Both the position numbers and the translations under genes were made by a program. From Amoebidium appalachense (taxonomy: Eukaryota; Protista; Ichthyosporea), in NCBI GenBank assembly GCA_963693365.1, contig CAVNZM010000001.1:18028783-18092782 (forward strand): a stretch of 64,000 nucleotides of DNA, written 5' to 3'. The number at the start of each line of letters is the position of its first letter. The first letter of the stretch is position 1. The notes beneath the pieces were generated by a model. It did not search any database. It was not told where the DNA came from and was given only the letters and a program-made list of their open reading frames with translations. Below, piece by piece: positions 1 to 11,751 of the stretch.

Positions 1-116
1 AACTACGCATATATATATATACTATATGTATATATACGTACATATTACATTATATAGTACTAGCACTCAGTGAAAAGGTGAGGCAAAATGTGATTCTAAT
101 CGCGATTTTTTTTAAC

Positions 117-2225
117 CTACTCATCCCAGGTGTTGTGGACCCCTGCACCCTGCAGCTCCTTTGAAAAGTCCTCCCACACCTCCATAGCATCTGTAAGCAC
201 CTGCTGGGTCAGCTCACACTGCCGCTGTTGGCACAGACCTATGGCCAGCCGCATAATGGACCCTACCGCCCTGCCACTGCCTTCAAACCGTGCCAAACGG
301 TCAAGGTCAAAACTAGAACGCACAAGCAAAGCCACCTCCTCCCGTGACCGCTGCAGCCTCCCGCCGTCTGGCCCCCGTTCATCCGCAAGAACACGACTGA
401 GTGTGTTTGTCCAAATTTCGCGGCGCCCAGCGACGTCCAAGGGCTCATAGCGGATGGCAAGGGTCACACGACTGAGTGCCGCTGGGTCGAAACTGGCGGC
501 GCGGTTGGAGGTGATGAACAGAGCCCCGTCAAAGGTCTCCAGCAGCCGCAGCAGCACACCCGTCATGCTGTTAAGCATGAGCTGACCCCGTTGCCGCCTC
601 TCCACGAGCGCATCTCCCTCATCCAGAAGCACCAGTGCACCCCATTCTGCCGCCAGAGCCAGGACATCTGTGAGCCGCTCCTCCAACTGCGCCACCGAGG
701 AGCCCAGCTCTGCAAATGAAAGGGAATAGAGGGGGCAGCCAAAGCGTGAGGCCAAAGCCTCCACAGACAGAGTCTTGCCCGTGCCGGGGGGGCCGTACAG
801 CAGGAACAACACTCCGCCGCCCCTAGAGTCCACAAGGTCGCGAAACTGGTAGCGCGGGGGATTGCTAGGGGAGCGCATGGAGATGGCCATTGCCGAGAGC
901 ATCTCCTTAGTTTTCGGTGGGAGTACCAACTGGTCCCATGCCTCCTGGCTCGGCAATACGGGGGAGAGGCCGTCAACTAGCACGTGGCCCCATTGCTCGA
1001 TGTTGAGCGAGAAGGCCACCACTGTTGGCCAGGCCACAAGCTCAAACTCCTTTGGCAGCTTGCTCCACACTCGCAACCCCGCCGCCACCAACCGATCGGA
1101 CCGCTGCTTCTGTGCATCTGCATCCTGCACGGCCCTTTGGACGTTGCGCAGGCCCCTGCTGGTCTGCGCAATGGCCATGCCCACCTCGTCCACTGCAGCC
1201 ACAGGCGCATGGCCAAGTTTTAACCCACGAGCCGTGTCGACAATGAGCCGTCCGGCGGATGCAGTGCGCTCTGCAGATGAGGCGCTGCCTAAGCTGTCAC
1301 CCTTGGAACGATGGGGGAAGAAACAACCGGCGCTGTAGTGCTGGTAGGAGTGGGTGGACTTGTTGACCTGTGCTAGGATCTTGGCACGGGTGCAAAGTTC
1401 CTCCACTGCTGCAACGTTGGTGTCTGGCCGCAGCAGCTGGAATGGTAGGTTGGACTGCTCCTTGCCTGCGTCCCAATCTTCGAAGATGAACTCAAACGGT
1501 GCGGCCACAAACTCCCCTGCGAGTGCAACAATCGTTTCTAAAACCAGGTGGAAGGAGTACTTGCGGGCCCCCAGAATGGACTTGATGGACTCGTAGTAGC
1601 AGTCAATGACGCGCAAACCAAGAAGGGTGCCGCCCAGGTCGCCCATCTGCCGTGTCGTCACAACATCGCCCGGGCGGTAGAGCTCTTGCAAGGCCATATA
1701 CTCAACAGTCACGTTTGCGTTGGCACGGGCAGCACGGCCTTCCTCTATCACCGTGGCATACTCTGCTTCAAGAAGCGAAATGATTTCCGCCACACCCTCA
1801 AAGTGCACATGGGTGCGGCCTGAAGCGGAGGGGGCGTATCCGAGAGAGGTTAGGGTTTCGATAAAACGCTGGAAACGATCGGCACGGGCGGGGTTACTTG
1901 CAAGTTCGCCATCGGAAAGGTTGTGCAGATCAGTGGCCTCTGTTAGCAGGCTGCGCAAGCGACCCAGGTGGGCGTAAAGAAAGCCTATGGGCACCTCATC
2001 GTCGGTGCGTGAAATGCGCACGATTTTCTGCAAGAGATGGCGCAAGGGAATCACGAGCTGGCGCTGTGCTGAAAGTTCGTTGCTCTCCTTGGCCTGCGAC
2101 GCAAGGGGTTTGGCTGGCGCACGCTGAAGCACCACGGCGTCAATGGCGCCCGTGTGCTTGTTGCGTAGGAGAGTGTAGGGGAGCTGCGCATTAGCTTCCT
2201 TTGGAGATGCCATGCTGTCACTCAT
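117..2225 (-). CDS. Intronless AAA+ ATPase (fungal-type P-loop AAA family with long N-terminal region)
   Basis: Uninterrupted ORF; likely start is the ATG at 2225 (MSDSMASP). Walker A LYGPPGTGKT, Walker B LLDEGD, sensor/arginine-finger region FITSNRAASFDPAALSRV, and the WDQLVLP...FRDLV pre-AAA motif typical of this family. Confidence 0.9.
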   Translation of the reverse strand: MSDSMASPKEANAQLPYTLLRNKHTGAIDAVVLQRAPAKPLASQAKESNELSAQRQLVIPLRHLLQKIVRISRTDDEVPIGFLYAHLGRLRSLLTEATDLHNLSDGELASNPARADRFQRFIETLTSLGYAPSASGRTHVHFEGVAEIISLLEAEYATVIEEGRAARANANVTVEYMALQELYRPGDVVTTRQMGDLGGTLLGLRVIDCYYESIKSILGARKYSFHLVLETIVALAGEFVAAPFEFIFEDWDAGKEQSNLPFQLLRPDTNVAAVEELCTRAKILAQVNKSTHSYQHYSAGCFFPHRSKGDSLGSASSAERTASAGRLIVDTARGLKLGHAPVAAVDEVGMAIAQTSRGLRNVQRAVQDADAQKQRSDRLVAAGLRVWSKLPKEFELVAWPTVVAFSLNIEQWGHVLVDGLSPVLPSQEAWDQLVLPPKTKEMLSAMAISMRSPSNPPRYQFRDLVDSRGGGVLFLLYGPPGTGKTLSVEALASRFGCPLYSLSFAELGSSVAQLEERLTDVLALAAEWGALVLLDEGDALVERRQRGQLMLNSMTGVLLRLLETFDGALFITSNRAASFDPAALSRVTLAIRYEPLDVAGRREIWTNTLSRVLADERGPDGGRLQRSREEVALLVRSSFDLDRLARFEGSGRAVGSIMRLAIGLCQQRQCELTQQVLTDAMEVWEDFSKELQGAGVHNTWDE

Positions 2226-2320
2226 CACCGTTGTCGTCAATCGAGTTCTTGACCTCAGAAAAAATCTTCGACATTTAGTGGCATGCCAACGACAGCGGGG
2301 CGCGCGCAAACACTTCGTGG

Positions 2321-2350
2321 TGACGTCATTTTGACGTCATGGCTACGTCA
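2321..2350. promoter_or_regulatory. Cluster of CRE/ATF-like sites upstream of the AAA ATPase
   Basis: Two perfect TGACGTCA palindromes (2321-2328, 2332-2339) plus a TACGTCA half-match about 100 bp upstream of the ATG. Confidence 0.4.
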
Positions 2351-2381
2351 TACTGATGGGCTCTCAGACAGGCCAGTCAGT

Positions 2382-2477
2382 GGGCTCAGAACGATTTTTT
2401 TTTTTTTCAGAACGATTTTTTTTTCTTTTTTCTTTTTTTTTTTTTGGGCTCAGAACGATTTTTTTTTTTTTCAGAAC

Positions 2478-2520
<43 letters not shown>
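2382..2520. repeat. Tandem repeat of (GGGC)TCAGAACGA followed by poly-T, 4 copies
   Basis: CAGAACGATTTT occurs four times, separated by T-runs. Confidence 0.7.
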
Positions 2521-2532
<12 letters not shown>

Positions 2533-2670
2533 TTAAAAAAAAAAAGAAAAATACATCATTGATAATAATGCCTCTTACGGTATGGATGTCCTATGTTGAC
2601 CAACCTTTGACGGCCTTATCAGGCTGAGGTTTCCAAACAACAAAACGAGCCCCAGAAAGACCCCGTGGAT

Positions 2671-2704
<34 letters not shown>

Positions 2705-3226
2705 GGGGGGGGGGGGGAGGGGGGGGGGGGGGAGGGGGGGGGGGCTCTATTCCATGTTACGTCCTCCACCTCTAATAACAAGTTGGGTCTTTACCGGTGA
2801 AATAATAACTCACTAGTTACTACATATTAATTTGAGCTCTGAGATCTGGACTCTGCTGCTCGGATCCGGCGCACTTCGACTGCGAACTACCCACTGATAT
2901 TAACCTTAGTCCCCATCCCCTTCCCCTCTTCACTCAGCAACAGCAACAAAAAATAAAAGAAAGAGGGTGAAAGAAACTTACAACACACCACCACACACCT
3001 ACCCACCTCGCCACCCGGGGGCCCCACTTACCTACCCATTTGTGGGCCCCACACCGAGACATGCACACACACATGTACACACATTACATATAAACTAGCA
3101 CACACACACGAACGAACATCTGAAAGATAATTGTTTTTCCTATGAAATGCAGCACCACACAGTGTACGTATACCCAAACTTACCCGTCCCCCCCCCCCCC
3201 CCCCCCCCCCCCCCATCATGCCACAG

Positions 3227-3707
3227 CCCAGTACCACATTACCTCCACCAACTCCACGTTTGAGACAAACGTCGTGCCCATAGCCACCGACGGTGCATAT
3301 AGCGCCGGTGGGGGTCTAATGTCGTATTTCGGATCCATCACGGTCGAAAATACCACCTTTCTTGGAAACATGGCCACCAGGGGAGGGAGGGGGCATCATG
3401 TCCGAGTGGGGTAAAGATGTGTATGTTCGCAACGTCCCTGATTTCCCACACACTTGGAAGGAATGCGGTCACCGTCAGCCGCTTCTATCACAACATTGCA
3501 CACTCCAACACTATGTACCGAAAGAGCATTCGGGGGGGCTCTTTATTCGTATGGTGGTGGTGCCGTGATAGTCGAGGGTTCTGTGTTTCTCAACAACACG
3601 TCAAATTACAACGCCGGAGCTGTATATGCATGCAGCCAGTACAAGACGATCCACTGGCCACTGGCAGTAGTTGTGCTCATTTGCTCCCCTCCTCCCCTCC
3701 TAGCCCC

Positions 3708-3738
<31 letters not shown>

Positions 3739-3890
3739 AAAAAAAAAAGGGGGGGGGGGGGGGGGGGGGGGGGTGTAAAACCTAATGAGAAATTACGAAT
3801 ATGCTAGCAGTTGACTCAGACAGCGGATCGGTGTGCCAGTGGCCTCTCGAAAGGTGGATAGAAAAAGAATTGACTTATGCGTGACTATAT

Positions 3891-3942
<52 letters not shown>

Positions 3943-5590
3943 ACGAGCACGTGCATGAATTGAAAATTTCCAAGATAAAAATAAATGGGGTTCTTACTAG
4001 TAGCTGTAATTTTTTTAAAAAAAAATGTGTTTTAACCCATCAGTGACTCTGTCAAGCTTTCGATTTGAATTAACTACGATCCCCCCAGGAACCATCCTGA
4101 ACATCACCAACAGCATGTTTGTCAACAACACCGTGTACGTCACACGACTTTACGATAAGGACTTCTACGACTATGAGCAAGTCAGTCTTCTATTCGGTGG
4201 AGGGGCTATCACGTCAGACGGCCAAAACAAGGAATGGGAAGGAGAGAATATATCCGCAACCGTTATCGATGACCCAACTGTGCCCGCCGACACCTCACTT
4301 TCTGCGGCCATGGAAGACCCGAAAGTTCTCATAACCAACAGCGTTTTTGTCAACAACAGTGTGATAGTAGCAGACGGCGTAAGCATGGTGGGGTTTGGCG
4401 GGGCCGTGTTCGTGCCACACTACGGCACGCGGACTGTCGTGGTGCTCAACTCGTCGCTTATCGGCAACACGGCTGACAGAGGTGGGGCCCTCGCTTCCAC
4501 ATGGCAGCTCTATCTGGACTCGTGCAACCTGACGAGGGTGAGTGATGATCCCCCCCCCCCCCCCCCCCCCTAAACCCCCCTTACCCCCCCCCCCTCCCCC
4601 CCCCTCCCCCCCCCCCCCCACCCCCGGCCATCCACTCACCCACTCACCCACTCAACCACAAGACAGTAAGATGAGTATCCATCTCAGCAACCACTGTACT
4701 ACTAAGTTCAAAGTTTTCCTGCCATAGATAAAAGCCACTAGTACTACCTTTGGTCCTATATACAATCATTCCCTTATATTAATTAGCATGTCTACCGTAA
4801 CGACAAATAAGTTGCCCTTTTTCCAACTCTAACCTGAGGTGTGGGGCGCCATGACCACAGAACTATGCCAAGTATGACGGGGGGGCCGTGTGGGTCCTTA
4901 ACAGCAGCATAACAAACAGCCACCTAGTCAAAAACGCTGCCCGGGTATCTGGTGGTGGTGTGCGCACACAGACACGTCTCACCTTGGCCGGCACCAACCT
5001 CACATGCAACCGTGCAAATACAATGGGCGGTGCTATAGCCAATGGCCTCTCCGGTGGTCTCACTGCTGTATACGGAAGTGACTTATGCCAACAACGCCGC
5101 GGCAAAGTGTTCACAAGAGAGCCTGGGAGAGAACCAGACGTGTGTTGATACACCGCAACCAGACCCATGCGCCTGCAACCTCCCCGGGGGGCTCTCGTGC
5201 GATGGTGAATCTTCGACGTGTTTTGCGGCAAGCCCAGGCTGGGTATGGGCTTGGGTACAAGTGCACGTGCAAGCCAGGCTACTACCAGCACGCATCAGGC
5301 GACTAATTTGAGTGCAAGAAGTGCCACACGTGCGGTGCGGGAAGTGTTGTCAGTGCCTGCAGTGCACAGGTGAGTGACACCGTGTGTGCATGCCCAGCCG
5401 GGTTCACCGGTGAGGGGTGTGCTCTGCCCTGCCCCGTGGTGGCCAACTGCTCAAAACCGGCATCGTCCTGCCCCTATGACCTAATGGGTCGAATTCCGGC
5501 ACCGTGTGAGGAGTGTGAAAATGGCACTTTCAGAGTGGCTACAGACGAGGCGAAGTGCATCAAATGCTCTCTGTGTGGCACTGATGGGAA
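3227..5590 (+). pseudogene. Ectodomain exons of a decayed receptor tyrosine kinase: POMP/pectin-lyase-like beta-helix repeats plus EGF/TNFR-like Cys-rich repeats
   Basis: Repeated GGA(I/L/V)...FxNN motifs (GGALYSYG..FLNNTS, GGAITS, GGAVFV..GNTADRGGAL, GGAIAN) and Cys repeats (CTCKPGYY, CKKCHTC..CSAQVSDTVC, CPAGFTGEGC). Frameshifts near 3390, 3510, 5075 and 5235, and an in-frame TAA at 5304-5306. Confidence 0.8.
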
Positions 5591-5778
5591 GGTGTGTGAC
5601 ACAGCCCGGGCTTTTTTTTTTTTTTGGAGTGTCTATTTAATGCTGTGGGCCTGTGGTGTTATAGAGTTATATATATATAAGAGAATGAGTGTTGCAGACT
5701 ACCTAAGGGGACCCGGTAAAGAGAGCGGGAAGCCAAGCCTCGAAGCTCCTGACAAGGAAGTCTGGCAGCAGAAAAATA

Positions 5779-5809
<31 letters not shown>

Positions 5810-5959
5810 AAAAAAAAAGATATTTGTTCTTCCTTTTGCTGACATATACAACAATGCACCGTGATCAGATTCTCTGTATTCTAGAGTTTATTGTGGTTTC
5901 ATTCATGCGCACTTTTCTACTTTTTTTTTTTTTTCCCCAGATTGAGGAAGGGGGGGGTG

Positions 5960-5993
<34 letters not shown>

Positions 5994-6119
5994 TGATAAA
6001 ACGTGCAATGTCCTTTTCCTCCTCCCCTGCCCCCCTCCCTCCCTCCCCCTCCCCCCCCCCCCCCCTGCCCCTCCTCTCCTCTCCCCCACCCTCACTCCAT
6101 CAGCAATCTTCTCCCCCCA

Positions 6120-6512
6120 TCGGAAACCCCTCTACGACGTCGTCGACGGGTTCGGAGTAGTTTACGATTCCTGAGTGGCTGCGTTTGGTACCCTCGACAT
6201 TTTACTGGATGGAAAAGCTGAAAACCCATCGTCGACGTCGACAAGCATAGTACAGGGTAATAAAGAGGTCCACTGAGTTGTCGACCCTCATGTGTATATG
6301 CCAACGTCATCATATGGACATGCTGTGCATGCCTTTACACCGTCGACCATTAACCGAATGTTGACCTATTCCAATGCTATAGACGTGCTATGGACGTCGT
6401 AAGCCTGTTCTACGTATGCATACTGTGTGGGCTAACAAGATGGGTATCGTCGACGTCGAAAACAAAGCATACTGTGAAGGCGATTCTGAGCATCTTAATA
6501 TGAGGTTTCCGA
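6120..6512. mobile_element. MITE-like element rich in GTCGAC/CGACGTCG palindromes
   Basis: 9-bp inverted termini TCGGAAACC (6120) / GGTTTCCGA (6504-6512); six GTCGAC sites; internal direct repeat ATCGTCGACGTCGA..AAGCATA near 6228 and 6446. No clear TSD. Confidence 0.45.
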
Positions 6513-6609
6513 CGTCTGTAAACTAATAAGAAACGGCGAATTCTGCAATAATAAATACTGTTTTTATATTGTATAAGTACAATAGTTTTATGTGTGTGTG
6601 TGTGTGTGT

Positions 6610-6669
<60 letters not shown>

Positions 6670-6671
<2 letters not shown>

Positions 6672-7791
6672 TATATCATTTGAATATCTTGGTGTTCCGG
6701 TTGATTCTGTTGGTGTTATGTTTCCCCATATGCTCGAAAAGAGGGTAGAGTTGGCTCGTAAGCGGTTAGCTTTCTTCTCGGCTAATATTTTTAAAGACAC
6801 ACCCCTCCATCCTTCTATTAGACTTACATTTATTCGCACTTTTGTCTTCCCGGCATGTGAATATGGTTTACCCCTTCTCGCCGCTTGGATCAAGAAGGAG
6901 AGAACTAGAGCGCTTAAACCCTTGGCAAATTTCCTTAAGCAGAAGTTGCCTCCTTTCTATCTAACAACTGTTGTAAACCTGGGCCTGTAACGCTCTCGAT
7001 ATATGGTCTGGTCCCAATAGCTGCTAGAGTATCCTATCTCGCGCTGAAATTCAATCAGCACATAAGCCGCTTAAAGAAGTATTTGCCCTCCCACCCTCTC
7101 TTCTCTATCCGCCCTGTCCCCTCCTCACCTCTCCCCTCTTTCCTTCCCTCTCTCTCCCCTTCTCCCCTGGGCACAAATACAAATAAACCCCGCAATAGTG
7201 TGTGTGTGACTTTGGACTGCCACTTACTTATTAAACATGTACACAATCACAAGATAATCACGCAATATAACAAATGGAAAAAGATACCACACGACACTAG
7301 ACCCGATGAAAGCATACACCTTGAAAAACTAAGCCTTATGTCTCGTTTTATATATACTGACCGCCTCAACCATATTGCCAAATATGGCACTCGCAAATGT
7401 ATTACACCTAAATACATATTACCTTCCTGTAGAACTGGTCTTTCTCTAGCTGATGGTATTATTGATCAAGTTACAAACGCTTTTACTGTACACGTGCTAT
7501 ACAGTGGAGATCTAATAAGTATAAGATGGCATCATTTGCATGCCCAAACAACACACACACACACCAGTTTAACCGGTCATGTATCGCCAAATGTAGTTTG
7601 ATAGACCACATAATACCGCAACACACACACGTCACATTCACAACAGACACCCAGAAAGATAGCCTACCTGTAAATTACAACATCCTTGATTTTATACTAA
7701 ACACGCGTAACTACGACCTGTTTATTAGATGTATTGATTGGCTTGAGAAACACATCACTACAAAATTCTAGCGCACGCGCACACACACACA

Positions 7792-7884
<93 letters not shown>

Positions 7885-7889
7885 ACACA
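6670..7889 (+). mobile_element. 5'-truncated, frameshifted non-LTR retrotransposon (RT thumb plus C-terminal Cys/His region) with a (CA)n tail
   Basis: FEYLGV (RT domain 7 YLG motif), ..RLTFIRTFVFPACEYGL (thumb), then after a frameshift YGLVPIAARVSYLALKFNQH. C-terminal WRSN..CP..H.FNRSC..C, with a stop at ~7771 followed directly by ~115 bp of (CA)n. The 5' junction lies in (TA)n. Confidence 0.8.
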
Positions 7890-8489
7890 ACCAGCTGATA
7901 CCGAGTGTCCCAGGGGAGCCCGGGAAAAAAAAAAAAAAAAAAAAAAAAAAAGGAAACCCCAACTAATTGATTTCTCCTTGTAGTCTTTATGGTGTCTCGT
8001 AGAGAAAGTAAACCCTGATATATAGTCATCACCCGACATCTATGTACGTGATCATGATATACCGCTGAGGGGATATTCCGAGCAAAACCCCCCCGATACC
8101 TGAGACTGGTTTCTCTTTGCCTCGAGTAAACAGCGTAAACCCCCTCTTGCATTTCTCGGCACGTGGGATAGAAGGCCTGCTGCTTTCGTGATGCTGACCT
8201 AATAAAAAATCGTCTAAGGCTTAGAGGGCATTGACTAGAATATTCCGCAACTTTCTGCACATGTAAGCACACATGCTAATCAATAGTACGCATTTATGTA
8301 GGAGCTGAACTCATAGGATCCTCCCCCCTCCCCCCCCGGTCCCCCCCCCCCTCCCCCCCCTCCCCCCCCCCCCCCCCCGGGGGGGGGGGGGGGGCTTCCT
8401 CCTTTCCTGACCTTGTTAACAAACCCCTCTATTCCATCCTCATCATTTGTCAACCTCTACGCTCCACATGGCCCCCTCTTTCTACCCAG

Positions 8490-8531
<42 letters not shown>

Positions 8532-8604
8532 TTTTCTTTTTTAAAAAAATACAAAGTTCTTCTTTTCCACACTTCCACACTAATTTCATTTTCCTGACCT
8601 GCAG

Positions 8605-9121
8605 GCTCCATGAGCCCCCCCGTCATCCACCGGGACATTGCCACACGCAACATTCTACTCAGCAAGAGCGGCGACCATCTGGGGGCCTACCCGCTTGCGA
8701 AATTGTCCGACCTGGAGCTTGCGCAGGAAATGGAGCATGGGTCTACGAAGAAGATCTACCGGGACAGCTCACGTGTGCCGGCTCGCTGGTGGGCCCCCGA
8801 GTCGCTTTCACAGGTAACGTTCAGCCCCCAGTCGGACTTGTGGAGCGCGGGCGTCGCAATTTGGGTAAGTGGTTTAGCTGTTTATTGAACAAAAACATAG
8901 TTACAGTAAGACAGACAACAAAAACGAACTCGCAGTTCTAATCGCTTTTTAGGGTTAACGGTTGTATGGGTAGATCAACAATGCATTAGATCCCCGTTCG
9001 TCAAGCCTTACCTTTTTTTTTGATTAACCTCCGGGTACAGACCCTCCTCCAAGGGGACTGGGGGGGGGGGGGGGGGGGGGGGATGATGTGCGGAAGAGGC
9101 CGGGAAAAATAGGGGGTGGGA

Positions 9122-9161
<40 letters not shown>

Positions 9162-10374
9162 GGGAGGGGGGGGGGGGGGGGGGGGGGGGGGAAGGGGGGA
9201 AGGTAGACAGACCATTTAGGTTTTATAGATGTGAAATCAGATGTGAGAAATTTCGATTGTGGGCAAAGAAAAACCCTTTGAACAATTGATCTCTCCCGCG
9301 GCAAGCCAATGAACCACTAACCTCCCGCCTTCTCCCCCTTGCCCCCCTCCCCCTCCCCCAACCCCCACCCGGGTGGCCACCCCCCCCCCCCCCCCCCCCC
9401 CCACCCCACCCCTCCCCCAACTCCCTTTCTCCCGCCTCCCTTCCCCCCGCTCCCATCCCTCCCACCCCACCCCGCCCCCAACTCGCTTTCTCCCACCTCC
9501 CCTTCTTCCCCCCCCCCCCCCCCCCTCCCCCCCCCCCCCCTCCCCCCCCCCACCCACCCACCCACCCTACCCCCTCCCCCCACCCACCCCCTCCCCCAAC
9601 TCCCTTTCTCCCACCTCCCTTCCCCCCCCCCCCCCCCCCCCCTCACCCCACCCACCCCACCTCTCCCCAAACTACCTTTCTCCCCACCTCCCCCCCCCCC
9701 CCCCCCCCCCCCCCCCAACTCCCTTTCTCCCAACTCCCTTCCCCCCCTCAGCCCCACCTCCCTCCCTCCACCCCCACCCCCACCCCACACCCTTTCCACA
9801 TGTGCAGGAGATATTCAGCAACGGGGCAGTACCCTACGGAACCCTCTTCCAGCCAGCCCCCGGCAGCAACTTCTTCCAAACAATGGTTGCGGCTCTGACG
9901 GTGTATGGTATTCGCCTTAAGCAGCCCGGCAACTGCCCTGACGAGCTCTACAAATGTACGTGCCCTCCTTGGTCCTTGAGTTGGTTGCTGTTGGGTGTGT
10001 CGTGGTGGTGGTGGTCGTACGGTGCGTGTGCGTGTGTGTGTGTGTGGGAGGGGGGGGGGAGAGAGGGGGGGGGGGGGGGGTCAAGAAAAACAGCCTAGCA
10101 CATTCACGTGAACTCGAGAATCTGATGGAATGAGGTTGGATATAAGGACAGAAAAGAAAGGGAAAGGAAAGATAAGAAAGGAAATAAAGGAGAGAACAAA
10201 ACCTTATATATGTATGCTATCCCCAACCACCAAGCGTCCTTGTTGTCAACTTCCCCCCCTCCCCCCCCCCCCCCTACCCCCTCCCAAAAAAAAAAAAAAC
10301 CAAAAAAAAACACAACACCACCCTCACCACCCGCACCCCACCCCCTCCCCTCTCCTTCTTGCAAAGCCTTCTGC

Positions 10375-10413
<39 letters not shown>

Positions 10414-11140
10414 TTCCCCCTGCTACACCCCCCCCCATCACCACCATCAACCACCCCACCCTCAACCCCCCCCCCCCCCCCCCCCCCACCCCCCCTGTCC
10501 CCCCCCACCCCCCCCCCCCCCCCTCCCCCCTGAATGAACTTGAATAATAATAAGTAATAATATCTCTCAACACAGTGCTCGAGCGCTGCTGAGCTGCCAA
10601 CCCCCAGGACCGGCCCCTTGCCAGCGACCTCCACACCTCCTTGTCCGACCTCTTCGACGCCACCAAAGACTCAGACTATGATGCCGCCTTCAGCAGTGGT
10701 TAGTTGGGTCGTTTGGGAAATGCATCCGGCCACAGTTCACACCGCACACCCAAAAGACTTACATACCACGATTATGAAGAGGTTAAACTTCTGCAGCTAT
10801 CACCAGCCACAGACACGATGAAGAAGAACGGCAAGGGTGAACTCAACTACGAACTGAAGGAAACGGATGACAATTATCTCGTTACGGTCAGAGGGGGAAC
10901 GAATTTGAAAAAGGAGGGGAAGGGCGGAGAGAAGTATTCGATGAAAACGACGGAGTGAACTATATTGTCACTGTGAAGGAAAAGGGGTCGGGTGACCTTA
11001 GTTCAGGGTTGTTAAATGCTCTGAGTAAAAAGACGATGCAGTTTGATGCGAGTGATTCGGGTGCATTGGCTCTGGCAGAGGTGGGCTACACTGCTATTGT
11101 GGATAGCCCGGTTGGGGGGAAGAAGATGAATTATCGCTAG
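8605..11140 (+). pseudogene. Tyrosine kinase C-lobe exons and Tyr-rich cytoplasmic tail of the decayed RTK
   Basis: Exons 8605-8864 (VIHRDIATRNILL, KLSDLELA, VPARWWAPES, SDLWSAGVAIW), 9808-9955 (EIFSNGAVPYG..QPGNCPDELYK) and 10576-11140 (LLERC*AANPQDRP). TGA at 10590-10592 replaces the conserved CW Trp; TAG at 10701 and a frameshift near 10955 follow. No N-lobe or TM exon found. Confidence 0.85.
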
Positions 11141-11150
11141 TTATTCTAAA

Positions 11151-11287
11151 TTTGCTTGATTCACTACATAGGTTCTTTTGGTTTGCTTGATTCACTACAT
11201 AGGTCTTTTAGCTTGCTTGATTCACTACATAGGTCTTTTAGTTTGCTTGATTCACTACATAGTTTCTTTAAGTTTGCTTGGCTCACT
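11151..11287. repeat. Minisatellite, 30-31 bp unit, about 4.5 copies
   Basis: Unit TTGCTTGATTCACTACATAGGTCTTTTAG(T/C) repeated head-to-tail just after the RTK stop. Confidence 0.9.
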
Positions 11288-11461
11288 GTGTTAAATTATC
11301 CTCTCTTTTTTCTTTCAGGGCGGACGGTAAATTCATTACGGGTGCCGTATAATTATTGGTTTTTATAAGTTTACCCAGAGATCACGAAATGTTTTGTAGT
11401 TCTTCACGGTTTCCTTGTTCTTTCACGGCTTTTTTTTTTTTTTCTTTCTTTTCTCCTGCAA

Positions 11462-11751
11462 CCACATCGGGAGAGTCAACTTGCAAAAAGTAAAATTATT
11501 CTGCATTTAACAGAATTATTCCGCAAAAAGTTGCCAATTGATTCTTCTTTTAGCAGATTGAATATGCTTTTAGCTGATTGATTCTGCTATTTGCAGAATA
11601 TCTGCTTTTAGCACAATAATTCTGCTTTTAGCAGGATGATTCTGCTTTTGCTGAATAATTCTGCTTTTAGCAGAATAATTCTGTTTTCGTAGATTAATTC
11701 TGTTTGTTGCAGAATAATTCTGCTCGGAGCAAGTTGGCTCAGCCGATGTGG
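11462..11751. mobile_element. MITE with ~23-bp imperfect TIRs and an internal array of palindromic ~20-bp units
   Basis: CCACATCGGGAGAGTCAACTTGC matches the reverse complement of the right end, CCACATCGGCTGAGCCAACTTGC. The interior consists of repeated (A)GCAGAATAATTCTGCT(TTT) variants. Confidence 0.8.

Noticed and set aside
2670-2745. Exact lengths of long G/C homopolymers as biological signal
   Set aside because: Homopolymer lengths are unreliable in long-read assemblies; only their position and strand were used.
7998-8120. AGAGAAA...TTTCTCT inverted ends as a MITE
   Set aside because: Only 7 bp match perfectly, with no TSD or second copy in the window.
10590-10592. TGA at a conserved Trp as evidence of codon reassignment or readthrough
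   Set aside because: The same gene also has TAA, TAG and frameshifts, and intact neighbours use TGG for Trp; pseudogenisation is simpler.
11151-11287. 30-bp repeats as a CRISPR array
   Set aside because: Units are head-to-tail with no unique spacers, there are no cas genes, and the context is eukaryotic; it is a minisatellite. The same applies to 23721-23923.
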